Assembly: GCA_964547425.1 (NCBI GenBank)
Contig: CAZJNH010000007.1
Span: forward strand, 4,981 to 68,980
Reading direction: 5' to 3'
Source of the DNA: an uncultured Candidatus Saccharibacteria bacterium
GTDB taxonomy: Bacteria > Patescibacteriota > Saccharimonadia > UBA4664 > CAZJNH01
Length of the DNA stretch: 64,000 bases
This document shows positions 55,204-64,000 of this stretch, piece after piece; position 1 is the stretch's first letter, and every line of letters begins with the position of its first letter. The position numbers and the translations under genes are program-made. The notes below the pieces were generated by a model, which did not search any database, was not told the origin of the DNA, and was given only the letters and a program-made list of their open reading frames with translations.

Positions 55204-55587
55204 CTAGGTGGCGATCTCGACGTCGGCGAGGTCGTGTCTTACCAGGAGTTCGATCAACCAGTCTTTGAAACCGGCTTCTCGGAGGCGGTGGGCCCAGGCC
55301 AGGTAGACGAAACAGGTGATAAGAGACAGCGAGCTGGCGGCCACCATCATCACCGGCGGAATCCAGTTCGGGTTGTACCAGGCGAGGTTCGCGTGATCGA
55401 CCGCAACGTAGCTCTTGTCGAGAACGATAGCGGACAGAACCGCCGCCGGCACGATGCGCAGGAGGCCCCAGACATACCGGGCGAACCGGATCTTGCCTTC
55501 GCTGATCTTGATCGTGATGATCATTTGCACCCTTTCCTCGGGGGATCTTGCAACTCTCTTGAGTTGAACAAGGCAACATTTTAGCAT
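55204..55587 (-). CDS. small hypothetical membrane protein (GC-rich)
   Basis: 127 aa (about 106 aa if started at MIITIK) with 2-3 TM helices. The overlapping 215-aa ORF at 55061-55708 is in another frame, is Arg-rich, and is judged spurious. Confidence 0.5.
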   Translation of the reverse strand: MLKCCLVQLKRVARSPEERVQMIITIKISEGKIRFARYVWGLLRIVPAAVLSAIVLDKSYVAVDHANLAWYNPNWIPPVMMVAASSLSLITCFVYLAWAHRLREAGFKDWLIELLVRHDLADVEIAT

Positions 55588-55639
55588 AAGAAGGTTGATC
55601 TGTCAACACTAACCGGGCAATCTGGTAAAATAAATCCAG

Positions 55640-56953
55640 ATGCGTACACTCTCGTCCGACATCAAAAAACAGACCGGTAAATCGGTTACCGTTCAGGGCT
55701 GGTTGCACAAGAAGCGGGCTATGGGCGCGTTAATGTTCCTGATCGTGCGCGACCGGGGCGGGCTCGTCCAGGTGGTTGTCTCCAACGAAAAGGAGCAGAC
55801 CAAACTTCAGGGAATGCAGATCGGCACGGTTCTGACCGTTAAGGGCAAAGTGAAAGCCGAACCAAGAGCAAAAATCGGCGCCGAAATCCATGAACCGAAA
55901 ATAACGGTCGAGGTGCCGGTCGATGAAGCGCCCCCAATTGAGATCGACAAACCGATCGACCACAAGCCGGACAACCTCGATACCCTCTTTGAATATCGCT
56001 CCCTAAACCTGCGCAACCCCACCGAGCAGAACATCTTTAAGGTTGCCGGCGGGGTTTCTAATGCTATCCGCTGGTTTTTCTCCGAGCGTCAATTTGTTGA
56101 GATTAGAACTCCCAAGATTCTGGCCGAAGCGACCGAGGGCGGCGCCGAGGTCTTTAAGCTGGAATACTTTGACCGCGGACTCGCTACGCTTGCTCAGTCC
56201 CCTCAGTTTTATAAACAAATGCTTGTTGGCGCCTACGAAAGAGTCTATGAGATCGCTCCCGCCTACCGCGCCGAACCGAGTATGACCACCCGCCATATGA
56301 GCGAATTTACCTCGGTTGACGCCGAGATAGGCTTTATCGAAAGTTATGCTGACGTCGAGGATATTATGGGTGAACTGCTGCACTTCGTGGTTGATCTAGT
56401 CTGGAAACACCAGGCAGAGGAGTTAAAAAGCCTTGGCGCCGAGAAGCCAAAGCTGGCCAAAAAGCTGCCTAAGATGACGATGGCCGAAATTCACCACGGC
56501 TATTCGAAGGCTACCGGTGAAGACACCATCAAAGAAAAGGACCTTTCTCCGGCCGAAGAGCGCTGGGTCTCGGAACACGCTGCCAAAAATCTTGGCTCTG
56601 AGGCGGTTTTTGTGACCGACTGGCCGATCGACGGAATGAAGTTTTACCATCGCAAAAACCAGGCCGACCCAAAGCTGGTGGTTCGCTCAGATTTAATATT
56701 CCGCGGCAGCGAGATTGCAACTGGGTCGCAGCGTGAGCATCGGTACGACACCCTGATCGGGCAGCTAGAAGGGCTAGGCGGCGACCCGAACCATCCGGGA
56801 TATAAATATTATCTGCAAGCCTTTAAGTATGGCCTGCCTCCCCACGGCGGGTTTGGGCTGGGTCTTGAGCGTTTGGTCCAGAAGCTGATCGGCCTAAACA
56901 GTGTCAAGGAGGCCACGCTCTTCCCGCGCGACATGCAAAGGCTAGTGCCGTGA
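55640..56953 (+). CDS. aspS: aspartate--tRNA ligase, archaeal/eukaryotic-type (short form, likely non-discriminating)
   Basis: 437-aa class II aaRS with an N-terminal OB anticodon-binding domain, QSPQFYKQML (motif 1 region), FRGSEIATGSQREHR (motif 2) and GLGLERLV (motif 3). Confidence 0.75.
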   Translation: MRTLSSDIKKQTGKSVTVQGWLHKKRAMGALMFLIVRDRGGLVQVVVSNEKEQTKLQGMQIGTVLTVKGKVKAEPRAKIGAEIHEPKITVEVPVDEAPPIEIDKPIDHKPDNLDTLFEYRSLNLRNPTEQNIFKVAGGVSNAIRWFFSERQFVEIRTPKILAEATEGGAEVFKLEYFDRGLATLAQSPQFYKQMLVGAYERVYEIAPAYRAEPSMTTRHMSEFTSVDAEIGFIESYADVEDIMGELLHFVVDLVWKHQAEELKSLGAEKPKLAKKLPKMTMAEIHHGYSKATGEDTIKEKDLSPAEERWVSEHAAKNLGSEAVFVTDWPIDGMKFYHRKNQADPKLVVRSDLIFRGSEIATGSQREHRYDTLIGQLEGLGGDPNHPGYKYYLQAFKYGLPPHGGFGLGLERLVQKLIGLNSVKEATLFPRDMQRLVP

Positions 56954-57438
56954 GCCCGCTAAGGCGCTACGCAAACAATGAATTTATGGCCAAGAAGTTC
57001 GGCGAAGTGCTGGCTTTTTGTTTAGTCGGCCAGGAAACGGTCAATAAGGCCGGCCGAACCTTTATCGACGAGATTGGGCAGGATAAAGTTGACCGCTATA
57101 AGACACATCTGGCTCAATTGGCGGCAATAATTGGCGAGCAAGCCGGCGAAATTACCCGAGTAAAAGCTGACAAGACCGCCGAAAAATTGCGAACCCTTCG
57201 CGAAACCTACGTTGGTGATGAATGGGACAACCCAACCGAAATCCTGGAGTGGCTAGGTTTTTTTGAGGGGGCGGCGATCGTGCACTGGTTTTTGATCATG
57301 GGCAGCGCCGAATCGCAAAACGACCTAGAATTGGGCGCCCTGGCCGAACGAGGAGTGGATTTGCACCGCAAGTCTCTCAAAAACGTCGAGGATCACCTCC
57401 GAGCTCTAGGCGCCAAACGAGCCAAACAAGACGGTTAG
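56950..57438 (+). CDS. hypothetical protein
   Basis: 162 aa. The GTG start overlaps the aspS stop. No motif. Confidence 0.4.
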   Translation: MSPLRRYANNEFMAKKFGEVLAFCLVGQETVNKAGRTFIDEIGQDKVDRYKTHLAQLAAIIGEQAGEITRVKADKTAEKLRTLRETYVGDEWDNPTEILEWLGFFEGAAIVHWFLIMGSAESQNDLELGALAERGVDLHRKSLKNVEDHLRALGAKRAKQDG

Positions 57439-58187
57439 TCTAGCAGCTCTCGCCGGATTTTTTGCACGTCGTGAATGAATTCCAGCTGCTGTTCCCTTCT
57501 CGGGCGCTTAATGTCGACCTTAAACTCGTGAGTAATCTGCCCGGCCTTTAACACTGCCACCCGGTCCGCCAAGGTGACGGCCTCCTCGATCGAGTGAGAG
57601 ACCATTAAAATGGTCTTTTTGGTTTCCTGCCAGATTTTGAGCAGGTCGCGGTGAAGCAGTTCTGTTGTTTGAATGTCGAGCGCCGAGAACGGCTCGTCCA
57701 AAATCAATAAGTCGGGTTCAACGGCTAAAGCTCGGGCTAGGCCGACCCGCTGACGCTGCCCGCCAGATAGGTCTCTCGGTAACCTGTCGCCAAAGTGTTC
57801 AAGTCCGACCAGGGTTAAGGCTTGCCGAGTTTCAGTTTTAACCGCTCGTGCGTCCATCTGTTTAGCGGTTAAAGCGATCTCGATGTTTTGAGACGCCGTT
57901 AACCATGGGAACAGCGCGCCGGACTGGAACACCATAGCAACGCTCGCCGGAGATTCAATATGTCCGGAATCCGGTTTTACCAGTCCGCAGATGATTTCGA
58001 TTAGAGTAGATTTTCCGCTTCCTGACGGACCGACGATTACCACAAACTCCCCTGGCTCGATCGTCAGCGAGGCATTGTGGAGGGCCGGTTTAGACTCCCC
58101 CGGAAACCGTTTGGTAATGTTTTCCAGACGGATCGGACTATTCAAAGCGATACTTCTCCGCCAAACGCAGTAGTTTTTGCCAGACAA
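57435..58187 (-). CDS. ABC transporter ATP-binding protein (nitrate/sulfonate/taurine NitT/TauT type)
   Basis: GPSGSGKST Walker A, LSGGQRQRVGLARAL signature, ILDEPFSALD Walker B. Confidence 0.85.
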   Translation of the reverse strand: MSGKNYCVWRRSIALNSPIRLENITKRFPGESKPALHNASLTIEPGEFVVIVGPSGSGKSTLIEIICGLVKPDSGHIESPASVAMVFQSGALFPWLTASQNIEIALTAKQMDARAVKTETRQALTLVGLEHFGDRLPRDLSGGQRQRVGLARALAVEPDLLILDEPFSALDIQTTELLHRDLLKIWQETKKTILMVSHSIEEAVTLADRVAVLKAGQITHEFKVDIKRPRREQQLEFIHDVQKIRRELLD

Positions 58188-58959
58188 ACAGATTCATCAC
58201 GCCGATAGCCAGTACCATCACGGCGATCGCCGCAATGAAAAGTCCGCTTTGGCCAGCCGCCGAAGCGTGAACCAGAGTGCTGCCGATCCCCGACAGGTCG
58301 AGCGAGGAACCGCCGCCAGGGATATAGGTATGCAGGACCTCAGCGACGATTAAAATATTCCAACCTTCGGCCCAGGCGAGGAGTGAACCGGTGACTATGT
58401 AAGGAAAAATGGCAGGGATTAATACTCGCCTCAAGTAAGCGCCGCGGCGGATGTGGAATATGTACGAGGCAGCTTTTATGTCGCCCGGAATTTCGCGGAT
58501 ACCGCCGACGACACTAAAGACGATGTTGCCAAGCATGTTGATGAAAATAATAAATATGGCCGCGGCTGCCAACTGATGGAAACGGATGAAAAACACTAGT
58601 AAAACCGGGAAAAAGGCCAGGACTGGAATCGATTGAATGATGTCAAAGGTTGGTAGCAGAATTTTTTCAGTCAAAGCGTTGGCGTTGATGGCCAAAGCTA
58701 ACGGTATAGCCAAGGCTAGTGAAAGAATGTAGGCAATAATCAGCCGGCCAAATGAAATGCCGAGCGCGCTAAACAGATGTGACCAAGGAATTTGTGATAG
58801 ATTATATTGCCCGGCGTAGGAACGGACAACAATCGCGGCCAGAACAAGGACCACGCCTGGGATCAAGACATGTGAGTACAGCCGCAGCGAGATGCGTGAT
58901 GGATAACTAATGCTGCTATGGCGCCGATAGTGGCTGATGTGTTTGGCTGGTTTGGCCAT
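58138..58959 (-). CDS. ABC transporter permease (binding-protein-dependent, SsuC/TauC-like)
   Basis: 6 TM helices, an EAA-like loop (AASYIFHIRRGAYLRRVLIPA). Coupled to the ATPase gene. Confidence 0.7.
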   Translation of the reverse strand: MAKPAKHISHYRRHSSISYPSRISLRLYSHVLIPGVVLVLAAIVVRSYAGQYNLSQIPWSHLFSALGISFGRLIIAYILSLALAIPLALAINANALTEKILLPTFDIIQSIPVLAFFPVLLVFFIRFHQLAAAAIFIIFINMLGNIVFSVVGGIREIPGDIKAASYIFHIRRGAYLRRVLIPAIFPYIVTGSLLAWAEGWNILIVAEVLHTYIPGGGSSLDLSGIGSTLVHASAAGQSGLFIAAIAVMVLAIGVMNLFVWQKLLRLAEKYRFE

Positions 58960-59015
58960 AATTCTTAAGCTTATTATATATGATATAGTTTTCCCAGATA
59001 GACAAAGGCATTTTT

Positions 59016-60371
59016 GTGTTTGAACAGACCGATTTTGATTTAATCGTCATTGGCAGCGGCGCCGGCGGCGCGGTCGGTGCCAGCTACGCCAGAGGTTTAG
59101 GAAAAAGCGTAGCTTTGTTCGAAAAGGACAAAGTATTGGGCGGTGAGTGCCCCAACTGGGCTTGTGTCCCGACTAAGGCCCTACTGCAAGCGGCGGAGGT
59201 ATACCAATCAGCAAAGAACGCCGGCACCTTTGGTGTTAGCGCATCGAAAGTCACGGTCAGCCAACGGGGCTTGCGCGCTTGGCGCAACAAGGTTGTTTCG
59301 CGCACCGGTGCCGCGCAGGGTGACGCGGTTTTTACCGACGAAGGCATTAAGTTAATAAAAGGGCGCGCTAAATTTGTGTCCGCCGATACGGTTGAGTCAG
59401 GCGGCAAAACCTACTCAGCAAAGCGATTTTTAGTCGCCACCGGGGCTGATCCGCTGATCCCGCAGATCAATGGGCTGAAGCAGACTGGCTTTATCAACTT
59501 TAAGCAAGCGGCCGAGATCAAATCATTGCCAAAATCGATCCTAATTTTGGGAGGCGGGCCGATCGGGTGCGAATTCGCCCAGTTATACGCCGACTTGGGA
59601 GTTAAGGTCACAATTACCGAAGCCGCGGCGCGGTTGTTGCCAAGAGAAGAGCCGGAGGTCGGCCAGCTAATAGCCGAGCTATTCGGCAACCGCGGCATTG
59701 ATGTGCTCCTGGGCTGCAAGGTTAATAAGATCGAACGTAAGGCCGGGCGAAAAATCGCGTATTACAAAGGTGGTAAGGTAGCGTCCGATGAAATTCTAGT
59801 CGCCGCCGGTAAACAAGCGAACTTAGGCTTCGGCGAAGAGGCAGCCGGGATCAAAGTTGATGACGGTAAAATCAGGACCAACGACAAGCTCCAAACCACC
59901 AACTCGCGGGTGTTTGTGGCCGGTGACAACTCTGGAGGGATGCAGTTTACGCACGTTGCGGCATATCAAAGCCGGATGGCGGTCCATAACGCGTTTAATC
60001 GGCGCCAGGTTAAGCCTACCTATACCTCTATTCCCCGCTGCATATTTATTCGTCCGGAGGTAGCCAGCGTTGGTTTTAGTGAAGATGAAGCCAAAAAACG
60101 AGGCATCACAATAAAAAAAGGCATCACTCCGACCGCTATTGTCGGGCGCGCCAATACTAGTAATGAATTCGACGGCTTCGTAAAGGTTATCACCGACAAG
60201 CGAGGCGTTATTATCGGCGCCAGCATCGTCTCGCCCCGAGCCGGCGAATTAATTCACGAACTAGCTTTAGCTATCAAGCTTCGCGCCACCGCCTCCGAAG
60301 TTGCTGAGTTAGTCCACGCCTTCCCGACCTACTCCGAAGCCATAAAAATCGCCTGCGCCGGCATCTCATAA
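59016..60371 (+). CDS. class I pyridine-nucleotide-disulfide oxidoreductase (dihydrolipoyl dehydrogenase-like)
   Basis: DLIVIGSGAGG FAD motif, redox-active CPNWAC (CxxxxC) disulfide, a second NAD Rossmann motif GGGPIGCE, and a C-terminal dimerisation domain with HAFPTYSE (His-Pro-Glu). Confidence 0.7.
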   Translation: MFEQTDFDLIVIGSGAGGAVGASYARGLGKSVALFEKDKVLGGECPNWACVPTKALLQAAEVYQSAKNAGTFGVSASKVTVSQRGLRAWRNKVVSRTGAAQGDAVFTDEGIKLIKGRAKFVSADTVESGGKTYSAKRFLVATGADPLIPQINGLKQTGFINFKQAAEIKSLPKSILILGGGPIGCEFAQLYADLGVKVTITEAAARLLPREEPEVGQLIAELFGNRGIDVLLGCKVNKIERKAGRKIAYYKGGKVASDEILVAAGKQANLGFGEEAAGIKVDDGKIRTNDKLQTTNSRVFVAGDNSGGMQFTHVAAYQSRMAVHNAFNRRQVKPTYTSIPRCIFIRPEVASVGFSEDEAKKRGITIKKGITPTAIVGRANTSNEFDGFVKVITDKRGVIIGASIVSPRAGELIHELALAIKLRATASEVAELVHAFPTYSEAIKIACAGIS

Positions 60372-60379
60372 TCCCAAAT

Positions 60380-60456
60380 TTGACTCAATTTCCCCAAACC
60401 TTGTAATTTCCTTATCTGTTAAGGGTGTAACCCTTTTCAGGTTAGCGGTTTACAAG
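60380..60456. repeat. stop-codon-proximal structured repeat, copy C (opposite orientation, follows a plus-strand gene)
   Basis: TTGACTCAA at 60380-88, 8 nt after the lpd-like stop. A/T spacer. 57-nt palindrome CTTGTAATTTCCTTATCTGTTAAGGGTGTAACCCTTTTCAGGTTAGCGGTTTACAAG at 60400-60456, abutting the stop (60450-52) of the convergent polymerase-domain gene. Confidence 0.7.
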
Positions 60457-61370
60457 CTTTTTTGGAGTTGGGTGAGGCAGGACTTGAGGTTGATGGGTTT
60501 GCCGAGGACGGGGGCCCATAGGTCACCGACTTTGTCGACGCGCTGTTGGAGGTTTTTCATGGTGAACTGGGATGGGTGTAGTTTTTTGGTTACTTCTTCC
60601 CATTTAAGGGGCGTTGATGCCCAGGCGCCTTCGACCGGGCGAATGCTATAGGGCGCGGCTAAGGTTTGCCCACGGCTGTTTTGTAGGTAATCAAGATAGA
60701 CTTTTTTCTGCCGTTTGGCCGGTTTACGTTCAATGCTGGTGAAATCCGGCGCGTTTTGATGCGCGACTGTAGCGATTAACTGCCCAAACTGCCGGCACTG
60801 TTCGTAGTCGTATTTTGCGCCCAGCGGAATGTAGATGTGGATCCCAGTTTTGCCGGAAGTTTTGGGATGTCCAGTTGCGCCGATTTTTTCCAGAACTCGC
60901 CGAACGACTTGCGCCGCTTCAACGACTTTTTCGAAACCGATCGCCTCAGGATCGAGATCGATAATCAGAAAATCTGGGTTATCTGGTTTCTGGATTCTCG
61001 AATTCCAGGGGTTAATCTCAATACAGCCAAGATTTGCCATATACGCGAGAGTGGCTTTGTCTTGGCACAGTAAATAATGGACCGTTTTGCCTTCTTCCGA
61101 CTTATCCTCAAAAGTCTTAGCCCAATCTGGATGCTTTTCAACGTTTTTCTGATAAAAACTCTCGCCGTCGATACCGTGAGGATGGCGGTTTAAGCTCTCC
61201 GGCCGGTCCTTTAAGTACGGCAAAATCGCCTCCGCCATCGACTGGTAGTACTTCAACAAGTCGCTTTTAGTGTAGCCTTCCTTCGGCCAATAAACTTTGT
61301 CGAGGTTCGTAAAGTTAACCTCTTTTCCCTCAATTTCTACCACCTTATCTCTACCCATTTCTACCAGCAA
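60450..61370 (-). CDS. LigD polymerase (primase-polymerase) domain protein, stand-alone
   Basis: 306-aa AEP-family primase-polymerase. VYWPKEGYTKSDLLKYY ... RHPHG ... IDLD ... HIYIPL matches the LigD polymerase-domain motifs. Confidence 0.8.
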   Translation of the reverse strand: MLVEMGRDKVVEIEGKEVNFTNLDKVYWPKEGYTKSDLLKYYQSMAEAILPYLKDRPESLNRHPHGIDGESFYQKNVEKHPDWAKTFEDKSEEGKTVHYLLCQDKATLAYMANLGCIEINPWNSRIQKPDNPDFLIIDLDPEAIGFEKVVEAAQVVRRVLEKIGATGHPKTSGKTGIHIYIPLGAKYDYEQCRQFGQLIATVAHQNAPDFTSIERKPAKRQKKVYLDYLQNSRGQTLAAPYSIRPVEGAWASTPLKWEEVTKKLHPSQFTMKNLQQRVDKVGDLWAPVLGKPINLKSCLTQLQKSL

Positions 61371-61431
61371 AAGCTAAGGGTGTAACCCTTAACAGGTTAG
61401 GAAAATACATGTTTTGTAAAAATTGACTCAA
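61371..61431. repeat. stop-codon-proximal structured repeat, copy D
   Basis: AAGGGTGTAACCCTTAACAGGTTAGGAAAATACATG right arm (61376-61411). The left arm is degenerate where it overlaps the polymerase-domain gene start. TTGACTCAA at 61423-31, 5 nt from the ligD stop (61437-39). Confidence 0.6.
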
Positions 61432-61436
61432 ACTGG

Positions 61437-62966
61437 TCATTTGGGAAGCTCCCGTTTAACTTGCTCCGGCTTTTTGTCTGGACGCATCCCGAGGAAAATC
61501 GGCTGCCGCATTTGTCCCTCGCTAGTCCACTCCTGGAATTTAACCTCACAAACCAGTTTAGGTTTAACCCACGTCGCCTTGGCGTTGGTTTTCACAGGAG
61601 CTTTAAAGGGAGATGAGTCGGTGACAAGCGGCTCGAGCTTGGCGTAAACAGCTTTCAGGCTTGTACCATCGAAACCGCCACCGGTATGGCCGATGTAGAT
61701 TAGCTCCTCTTTCTCGTAAACCCCCAGAATCAGTGCACCAAACAACTCCCTTGCGCCCTTTGGCTCAGTAAATCCGGCGATCACCGCCTCCTGGCTCAAG
61801 TGAGTCTTAATCTTCAGCCAATCCGCTCCGCGTTTCCCAAATTGATAAGTACTCGATTTGCGTTTAGCAACTACCCCTTCTAGCGATTGGCCGTTGGCCG
61901 CCTCAAAGAAGGCCTTGCCGTCTTTTTCAATATGTTCCGACAATTTAATGTGCGGCGATTTTGGCAGCATATTTTTCAGGATTTCCTTGCGTTTAAGCAG
62001 AGGTAACCCGGTCAGGTCGTGTCCATCGAGATGCAAAATATCAAAAACGTAATAAACCAGACTCCCGGATGGCGTTTTGGCGTAATCCTGTAGCAGCCCA
62101 AAGCTGGCTCTGCCCGATTCATCGAGCGCGACCACTTCTCCATCCAAAACCGCCGCGTGCATAACCTTCTCAAGCGCCTTCACGACCGGCGGGAATTTAG
62201 CGTTGAAAGGCTGCAAGTTCCGAGAGTATAGATCTACTTTGCCTTTGTTTATCTCGGCAATAGTCCGATAACCGTCCCATTTAATTTCGAATATCCAATC
62301 AGGATCGTCAAAAGCATCCTCGACTAGGGTACAAAGCATTGGCTTAACGTTGTGCGGAAGCTTGGACTTTGGTGTATCGATCTGGCCGCTCGCTTGTTCG
62401 GCAACCTCCTCGACTTTGAGGTTACTGCGAACTGAGCGGTCTTTCTTGGTGATATCGGCCGTCGAGGTATAACGATCATCTTTTTTAAATAGTAGCCAAG
62501 CATGCTCGCCAGCGGTCTTAAATCTGACTAGAGCAAACAGTCCTTTTATCTTCTTGCCTTCAAGCACAAACACTAGATGCCCAGCCTTTAGCCCTTCGGC
62601 AAGCTCCTTTTCCGATCCAGCTCGATCGATCGCATTTTCAGAGTGATAAGTCCCTTCATCCCAAATAATGACGCTTCCCGCCCCGTACTCCCCTTCCGGT
62701 ATCACGCCCTCAAAGTTGCGGTACTCATAAGGGTGGTCCTCGACCATCATCGCTAGATGTTTCAGGTGGGAAACCAATGAAGGCCCCTTTGGCACCGCCC
62801 AGCTCTTCAGCACGCCATCCATCTCCAGCCGAAAATCGTAATGCAGCTGCGACGCGTCGTGTTTTTGGACGACGAACCGCAAGGCTCCTTTACCTTTAAC
62901 CACCTTGCCAGCCGGCTCAGGAGTTTTATCGAAACTGCGCTTTTTTGAGTATTCCTTGAGAGGCAA
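61437..62966 (-). CDS. ligD: DNA ligase D (N-terminal 3'-phosphoesterase domain + ATP-dependent ligase domain; no polymerase domain)
   Basis: Phosphoesterase: RFVVQKHDASQLHYDFRLE ... SWAVPKGPS ... VEDHPYEY. Ligase: nucleotidyltransferase motif I KWDGYR, followed by an OB domain. 509 aa. Confidence 0.85.
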   Translation of the reverse strand: MPLKEYSKKRSFDKTPEPAGKVVKGKGALRFVVQKHDASQLHYDFRLEMDGVLKSWAVPKGPSLVSHLKHLAMMVEDHPYEYRNFEGVIPEGEYGAGSVIIWDEGTYHSENAIDRAGSEKELAEGLKAGHLVFVLEGKKIKGLFALVRFKTAGEHAWLLFKKDDRYTSTADITKKDRSVRSNLKVEEVAEQASGQIDTPKSKLPHNVKPMLCTLVEDAFDDPDWIFEIKWDGYRTIAEINKGKVDLYSRNLQPFNAKFPPVVKALEKVMHAAVLDGEVVALDESGRASFGLLQDYAKTPSGSLVYYVFDILHLDGHDLTGLPLLKRKEILKNMLPKSPHIKLSEHIEKDGKAFFEAANGQSLEGVVAKRKSSTYQFGKRGADWLKIKTHLSQEAVIAGFTEPKGARELFGALILGVYEKEELIYIGHTGGGFDGTSLKAVYAKLEPLVTDSSPFKAPVKTNAKATWVKPKLVCEVKFQEWTSEGQMRQPIFLGMRPDKKPEQVKRELPK

Positions 62967-62967
62967 A

Positions 62968-63765
62968 TTAACCCCTGGCTTTCGCTTTTTCTCGCTCTTT
63001 GTGCTTTTCCAGGCTGGCCTTTAACATCACCATCAAATCCTTAACCTCGGTATCCGCCGGCGGTGCAGATCGACCGACCTTAACGGGCTTGCCTTTGGCT
63101 TTCGTTTCGATTATTTTCTCCAGATCTTCTTTGTAGGTGTCGTGAAACTGTTCCGGCTTAAACGGCCCGGACAGCTGATCGATTAAAGCCAGGGCCATAT
63201 CGACCTCTTTTTTGCTGACCTCGGTGTCGGGCAGGCTCAACTCATCTTTGGGTCTGATGTCGTCCTTATAGCGCATCTGGTCAAGGATCAGTGCTTTGCC
63301 GCTCGGCTTAAGCGCTGCCAGGTGTTCTTTACTTTGCAGGACAAACTTGGCGATGCCAACCTTACCAGATCGCTCTAACGCCTCGCGCAGCAAAACGTAG
63401 GGCTTTTCGGCGCCTTTTTCCGGTTCCAGGTAATAGGGTTTGTCGAAATAAATATCGTCGATCTCATCGGCCTTAACGAAATCAACGACATTGATGCTAT
63501 GGGTTTTTTTCACGTCGGCTGTTTCGAAATCTGCGTCGGTTAAGACTACATAATCCCCTTTTTCATACTCGTAGCCCTTTACGATATCCTCGTAGGCCAC
63601 TTCCTTGCCGTCGCTTTTTCGCACCCTGACGTAATGAATTGGCGACAGCGTTTCTTTGTCGAGCATGTCGAAGCTCAACTCAGTTCCAGCCGTCGCGCTG
63701 TAAAGCCTGACCGGAACGTTAACTAACCCGAAACTAAGTGAGCCTTTCCAGATTGGCCGCATCAT
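62968..63765 (-). CDS. ku: Ku end-binding protein
   Basis: RPIWKGSLSFGLVNVPVRLY is a canonical bacterial Ku N-terminus. 265 aa with a basic C-terminal tail. Confidence 0.9.
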   Translation of the reverse strand: MMRPIWKGSLSFGLVNVPVRLYSATAGTELSFDMLDKETLSPIHYVRVRKSDGKEVAYEDIVKGYEYEKGDYVVLTDADFETADVKKTHSINVVDFVKADEIDDIYFDKPYYLEPEKGAEKPYVLLREALERSGKVGIAKFVLQSKEHLAALKPSGKALILDQMRYKDDIRPKDELSLPDTEVSKKEVDMALALIDQLSGPFKPEQFHDTYKEDLEKIIETKAKGKPVKVGRSAPPADTEVKDLMVMLKASLEKHKEREKAKARG

Positions 63766-63798
63766 AAGTCCAATTAACTTCTCTATTGTAGCAAGCCT

Positions 63799-64000
63799 TT
63801 AAGCGACCGGCTCTAGCACTTCCTTTGCCCGCTCTTTGATGTCGATCGGGTAAACACCGCTGAAACACGAAGTTGAGAGCATGTTTTCTGGAACCCCCAC
63901 CGCTTTGACCATGCCGTCGTAGGACAGAAAGTTGAGGCTGTCGGCACCGATGTATTTTTCGATCTGCTTAACGCTCATCCGGGAGGCAATTAATTTTTTT
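63799..64000 (-). CDS. C-terminal fragment (5' end outside the window) resembling amidophosphoribosyltransferase (PurF)
   Basis: The frame is open to the window edge. SLNFLSYDGMVKAVGV ... STSCFSGVYP matches the SL.FLS.dGl ... C.aCF.G.YP C-terminal signature of Bacillus-type PurF. Stop at 63799-801. Confidence 0.45.
   Translation of the reverse strand, partial: KKLIASRMSVKQIEKYIGADSLNFLSYDGMVKAVGVPENMLSTSCFSGVYPIDIKERAKEVLEPVA

Noticed and set aside
55061-55708. 215-aa ORF overlapping the small membrane-protein gene
   Set aside because: Out-of-frame overlap. The Arg/Gly/Pro-rich translation (RRQDPVRPVCLGPPAHRAGGG) has no hydrophobic core, and the alternative frame gives a coherent TM protein.

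Overview
The window is a 64-kb, gene-dense (~90% coding) bacterial chromosome segment with a backbone GC of roughly 50% by hand count. Its features are a Gram-positive-type envelope (TagA/WecG-like glycosyltransferase, sortase, MreB), several giant Ig-like surface proteins, an archaeal-type AspRS and many short hypothetical membrane proteins. Together these suggest a small-genome, Patescibacteria/Saccharibacteria-like organism, though that is a low-confidence inference. Housekeeping content read from the translations includes mreB, nfo, ychF, gmk-like, typA, suhB-like, cysS, nrnA-like, recR, ybaB, dnaB, dnaX, rplL-rplJ, rplA-rplK-nusG-secE, aspS, an ABC importer pair and an lpd-like oxidoreductase. 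A Ku + LigD (3'-phosphoesterase + ligase, with a separate polymerase-domain gene) end-joining locus is also present. Two tRNAs were found, Leu-CAA and Gln-TTG. The strongest observations are the following. (1) A previously unannotated structured repeat sits 4-8 nt after the stop codon of four unrelated genes: a 9-bp palindrome TTGA(C/G)TCAA, an A/T spacer, then a ~57-nt imperfect palindrome centred on GGGT(G/T)TAACCC. (2) The universally adjacent rplKA / rplJL ribosomal clusters are split by a ~4.2-kb insertion of higher GC (~60%). The insertion carries a complete dCTP-to-dTTP module: an Ndk-Dut fusion, dcd, tmk and a long duplicated-type thyX. (3) Ribosomal proteins L7/L12 and L1 carry low-complexity N-terminal extensions of ~80 and ~55 aa. 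(4) Several small GC-rich islets of unknown function, including a translationally coupled methyltransferase + two-small-protein operon. (5) Giant surface proteins with tandem Ig/Fn3 repeats, one with a C-terminal HExxH motif and one with a C39-like peptidase domain. No CRISPR array, rRNA, transposase or integrase was seen.
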